Assembly: GCF_963506605.1 (NCBI RefSeq)
Contig: NC_083276.1
Coordinates: 61,876,001 to 61,940,000 of the forward strand
Length of the DNA: 64,000 nt
From: Zootoca vivipara
Taxonomy: Eukaryota
Reading direction: 5' to 3'
Position 1 is the stretch's first letter. Every line of letters starts with the position of its first letter. A model generated the notes under the pieces. The model did not search any database, was not told the origin of the DNA, and was given only the letters and a program-made list of their open reading frames with translations. A program made the position numbers and the translations under genes. Positions 60,830-64,000 of the stretch are shown one piece after another.

Positions 60830-61990
60830 TGGGGTGGGCGCAGGATATCGGACATGAAATTCAACTTGAACAATGGAAAAGATGATTAAAGATTGGTATC
60901 AGATTTACAGCATCCAATGCAATTAAAGAGAATATTATGAAAATGTTTTATAGATGCCATATAATGCCAGTAAAACTTGCCATATATAAATCAAACTCCA
61001 GTCGCTGTTGGAAATGTAAAGATGCTGAGGGCACACTAATTCATATGTGGTGGGGTTGTGGGAGAGTGAAAGTGTTTTGGAATAGTGTGCATGAGGAGTT
61101 GGGAAAAAACGTTAAAAATTCCTTTGGAAAAACCCCCAGAAATATATTCTCTAAGCCTGCTGGGCAAAGAGATCCCATGAGAAAAAGAAATTTATTGCTT
61201 TATACAACAGCAGCAGCAAGGTTACTGTTAGCGAAAAATTGGAAGAGTGCTCAAATCAGAAACTAAGATCTCAATGGAAATACTATGAGGAGTATTTCGA
61301 AAAACGTTCAAACAATAACATGCTGATATGCTTGAAATAGGGACGCAGGTGGTGCTGTGGGTTAAACCACAGAGCCTAGGGCTTGCCAATCAGAAGGTCG
61401 GCGGTTCGAATCCCTGCGACGGGGTGAGCTCCCGTTGCTCGGTCCCAGCTCCTGCCAACCTAGCAGTTTGAAAGTACCTCAAAGTGCAGGTAGATAAATA
61501 GGTACCGCTCCAAGCGGGAAGGTAAATGGTGTTTCCGTGTGCTGCTCTGGTTCACCAGAAGCGGCTTTGTCATGCTGGCCACATGACCTGAAAGCTGTAC
61601 GCCGGCTCCCTCGGCCAATAACATGAGATGAGCACCGCAACCCCAGAGTCGGTCACAACTGGACCTAATGGTCAGGGGTCCCTTTACCCCTTCACCTTTA
61701 TGCTTAGAATAAGCATAAGCACAGTATAATCAAACCCAAATGAGGAGAGGAGTAAAGATTGGATAACTAAGTTCATAGATTCGAATTGGAATATATGCAA
61801 TGTAGAACGTAGTTTATGGGATAAGGTACAGATGAGAACTGGTGGAGGGAAGACACATGGGGTGGGGAAGCTGGGTATAACTTTATTATAACTTGATGGT
61901 TGGTATTAGTAGTGTCATTTGTAGTGTCAGCTTGATTTTTTTCTTTTTCTTTTTGTATATGTATGTTGAATCTTTCTTTTTTTTAAAAAA
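60830..61990 (+). mobile_element. 5'-truncated L1/Tx1-clade LINE 3' end, interrupted by a Sauria SINE
   Basis: KMFYRCHIMPVKL..CWKCKDAEGTLIHMWWGC zinc knuckle and AAARLLLAKNWKS. Confidence 0.8.
61340..61698 (+). mobile_element. Sauria SINE inserted into an L1 3' end
   Basis: Full copy; near-TSD tatgcttgaaata / tatgcttagaata. Confidence 0.9.
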
Positions 61991-62104
61991 GTGCAGGGGG
62001 AAAAAGGACTTAATTGGGTTAGTGACGCTTCAGCTGATATTGGGAGTCATTACTACAACACTATCTAATTTGATATTGCTGTGCACTTCCTTGATTGGTG
62101 AGAT

Positions 62105-62240
62105 CAGGCTTCCTCAAACTCTGCCCTCCAGATGTTTTTGGCCTACAACTTCCATGATCCCTAGCTAGCAGGACCAGTTGTCAGGGATGATGGGAATTGT
62201 AGTCTCAAAACATCTGGAGGGCAGAGTTTGAGGAAGCCTG
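62105..62240. mobile_element. 136-bp palindromic hAT MITE
   Basis: Perfect TSD ggtgagat. Confidence 0.92.
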
Positions 62241-62406
62241 GGTGAGATGCTCTAGGGATCACACTTCTGAGTTTAGTTTCCTTTGAATGAAAACTCATTG
62301 AAGACATGGCTGCTTTGTCGTATTTTATTGACTGACAATTAGTAAAGCAGAGTGGAAGTAGAAGTAAATAGGCAATCCTATAATGCAGCTCCCCAGAGAT
62401 CTACTT

Positions 62407-62536
62407 NNNNNNNNNNNNNNNNNNNNNNNNNNNNNNNNNNNNNNNNNNNNNNNNNNNNNNNNNNNNNNNNNNNNNNNNNNNNNNNNNNNNNNNNNNNNNN
62501 NNNNNNNNNNNNNNNNNNNNNNNNNNNNNNNNNNNG
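62407..62536. other. Assembly gap (130 N)
   Basis: Run of N. Confidence 1.
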
Positions 62537-63861
62537 GAGGGTGTCACATTGTGTATATACTTTATACATTTATGACATTTGTAATCTAATCTTAAATTTG
62601 TCCTCTATTTTAAATTGCTTATTCTTACTGGCAGGTCTGTTAGTGCAAGAAAGCCTGTTGAGCAGACACACGCTCACTGACAGGTTACTTTTGCAGCAAT
62701 CAGTATTGCAATAGTAGCTCCAGTGAAAGCATATGAAACTTGGCCACTGGGGGAGTCTGTAATACCTCTAAAATAACAATCAGTTTGCAAAATACGTTTC
62801 TGTTGGATCTCTAGGGGTATTTGTGTATTTTCTCTCTGTTTGTGCCAGTCTTCTTTTTGCTAGTTTGTATAAGTTTTATTTTTCATTGAACATTGTTTTA
62901 CTGTTGGGACCTTTGCTAGTAAAATATTTTGTGTCTTTTTAGGAAGAGTGTTTTTGTATTGGACAGATTATTGAAACTGACTGTTTTGTGATTTCTTTGA
63001 TCATTTTTGTTTATTATTTATATTTTGCAATGGATTGCTATTGATAGAAGTGTTGTTGCTAACGTATCTATTAGTTGTAAACTATTTTGGATTACACTCA
63101 TGCAGAAATGGGTATATAAATGAATCTGACTTTACTTTGTTGTACCTTGATGATTGAAGTTTCCAGGCCTTTAAAGTGAACCAACAAGTACCAAAATTCC
63201 CCTGTTTGACTGTAGACTATCACGGCTGGGTAACTGTTTGTTGGAGACCCCAGAATAGCAGGACTGAGATCTAGTGAATAATCCATCTTCCAGTTAAGTT
63301 CTGGACACCACATGGGTGCTGATAGTAGATTCTGAAATTTTATCCTAATTATCTGGCTCTGGAATTTTGCATCAACATATAAGGAGTTAAAAGAATGGGT
63401 TGCCGTTCCTTGCAATGTGATGTAAGCAAAGCCACATCCACAGATTTTCCAGGCTATCTCTGGCACCCAGCTTAGTCCTGCAGACTATTATTTGATCTAA
63501 TACAGGGTACCTACCACCCACTAATGCATCTTTCTTGATGGTAAACTTTCCTTACCACCCACCAGTGCTCAATGGAAGGAGGATTCAACTTGTGCCGTAG
63601 AACCCTCTATCACCCACCTAGAATCCTAAAATGCCCATTAGTGGGCGGTTGGCATCCCCTGATCTAATGGGATAGGAATATTTTTAAATATATAGCAATT
63701 GCAGGTCAATAGTTCTATGATTCCTTCACTTAAAACAAACCTGTCTATTGTAACTATCATTTTACCATTCTGGGATAAAGTGGTCCAGTAATTATTTCAC
63801 TCATTTATAATCAGATCACTAGATTGGATTGTCAGATATCACTTTCCCAGCTGTCTAAAGC

Positions 63862-64000
63862 CATAGCTGCCAAGTCTCCCGTATTCCCCAGGAAATCCCT
63901 GTTTTTCCACCTGTTCCCTTTTTTTTGTTTTTCCCCGGTTTATTCTGGTGCGGCGGCCGTTTTGGAACTGGGCGGAGCATGCTCAGAAGCAACTTTTGAT
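63862..64000. mobile_element. hAT MITE (CATAGCTGCCAAG family), truncated by the window end
   Basis: Left TIR catagctgccaagtctcccg. Confidence 0.75.

Noticed and set aside
54060-64000. BDNF exons expected from synteny
   Set aside because: No neurotrophin coding sequence seen; it presumably lies beyond the right edge.

Overview
Vertebrate genomic DNA, almost certainly a squamate and probably a lacertid lizard, judged from Sauria SINEs, a Squam3-type SINE, BovB/RTE, CR1, L1, L2 and Penelope-like elements. Two protein-coding genes lie on the minus strand in the conserved LGR4-LIN7C(-BDNF) order. (1) LGR4 coding exon 1 (25131-25315: signal peptide plus LRR N-cap) sits in a CpG island, and intron 1 runs off the left end of the window. 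(2) The complete 5-exon LIN7C CDS (53556 to 43916; 594 nt, 197 aa, L27 plus PDZ) has a CpG-island promoter and a probable ~4 kb 3'UTR. The rest is intronic or intergenic DNA packed with SINEs, LINE 3' ends and non-autonomous hAT, Tc1-mariner and Harbinger DNA transposons, many with TIRs and TSDs I could verify, plus microsatellites and a 130-N gap. I found no CRISPR, rRNA or true tRNA genes and no clearly new protein-coding system. The most interesting signals are: hammerhead-ribozyme cores in Penelope-like insertions (one nearly intact, in an inverted pair just downstream of LIN7C); two CR1-tailed SINEs with different tRNA heads (Ile versus Lys) whose partner CR1 tail is also in the window; four uORFs ahead of LGR4; palindromic hAT MITEs carrying ZNF143-type motifs; a hAT carrying captured host DNA; and a perfect 27-bp-stem hairpin in LIN7C intron 4. 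All repeat-family names come from recognition by eye, not from a database search.
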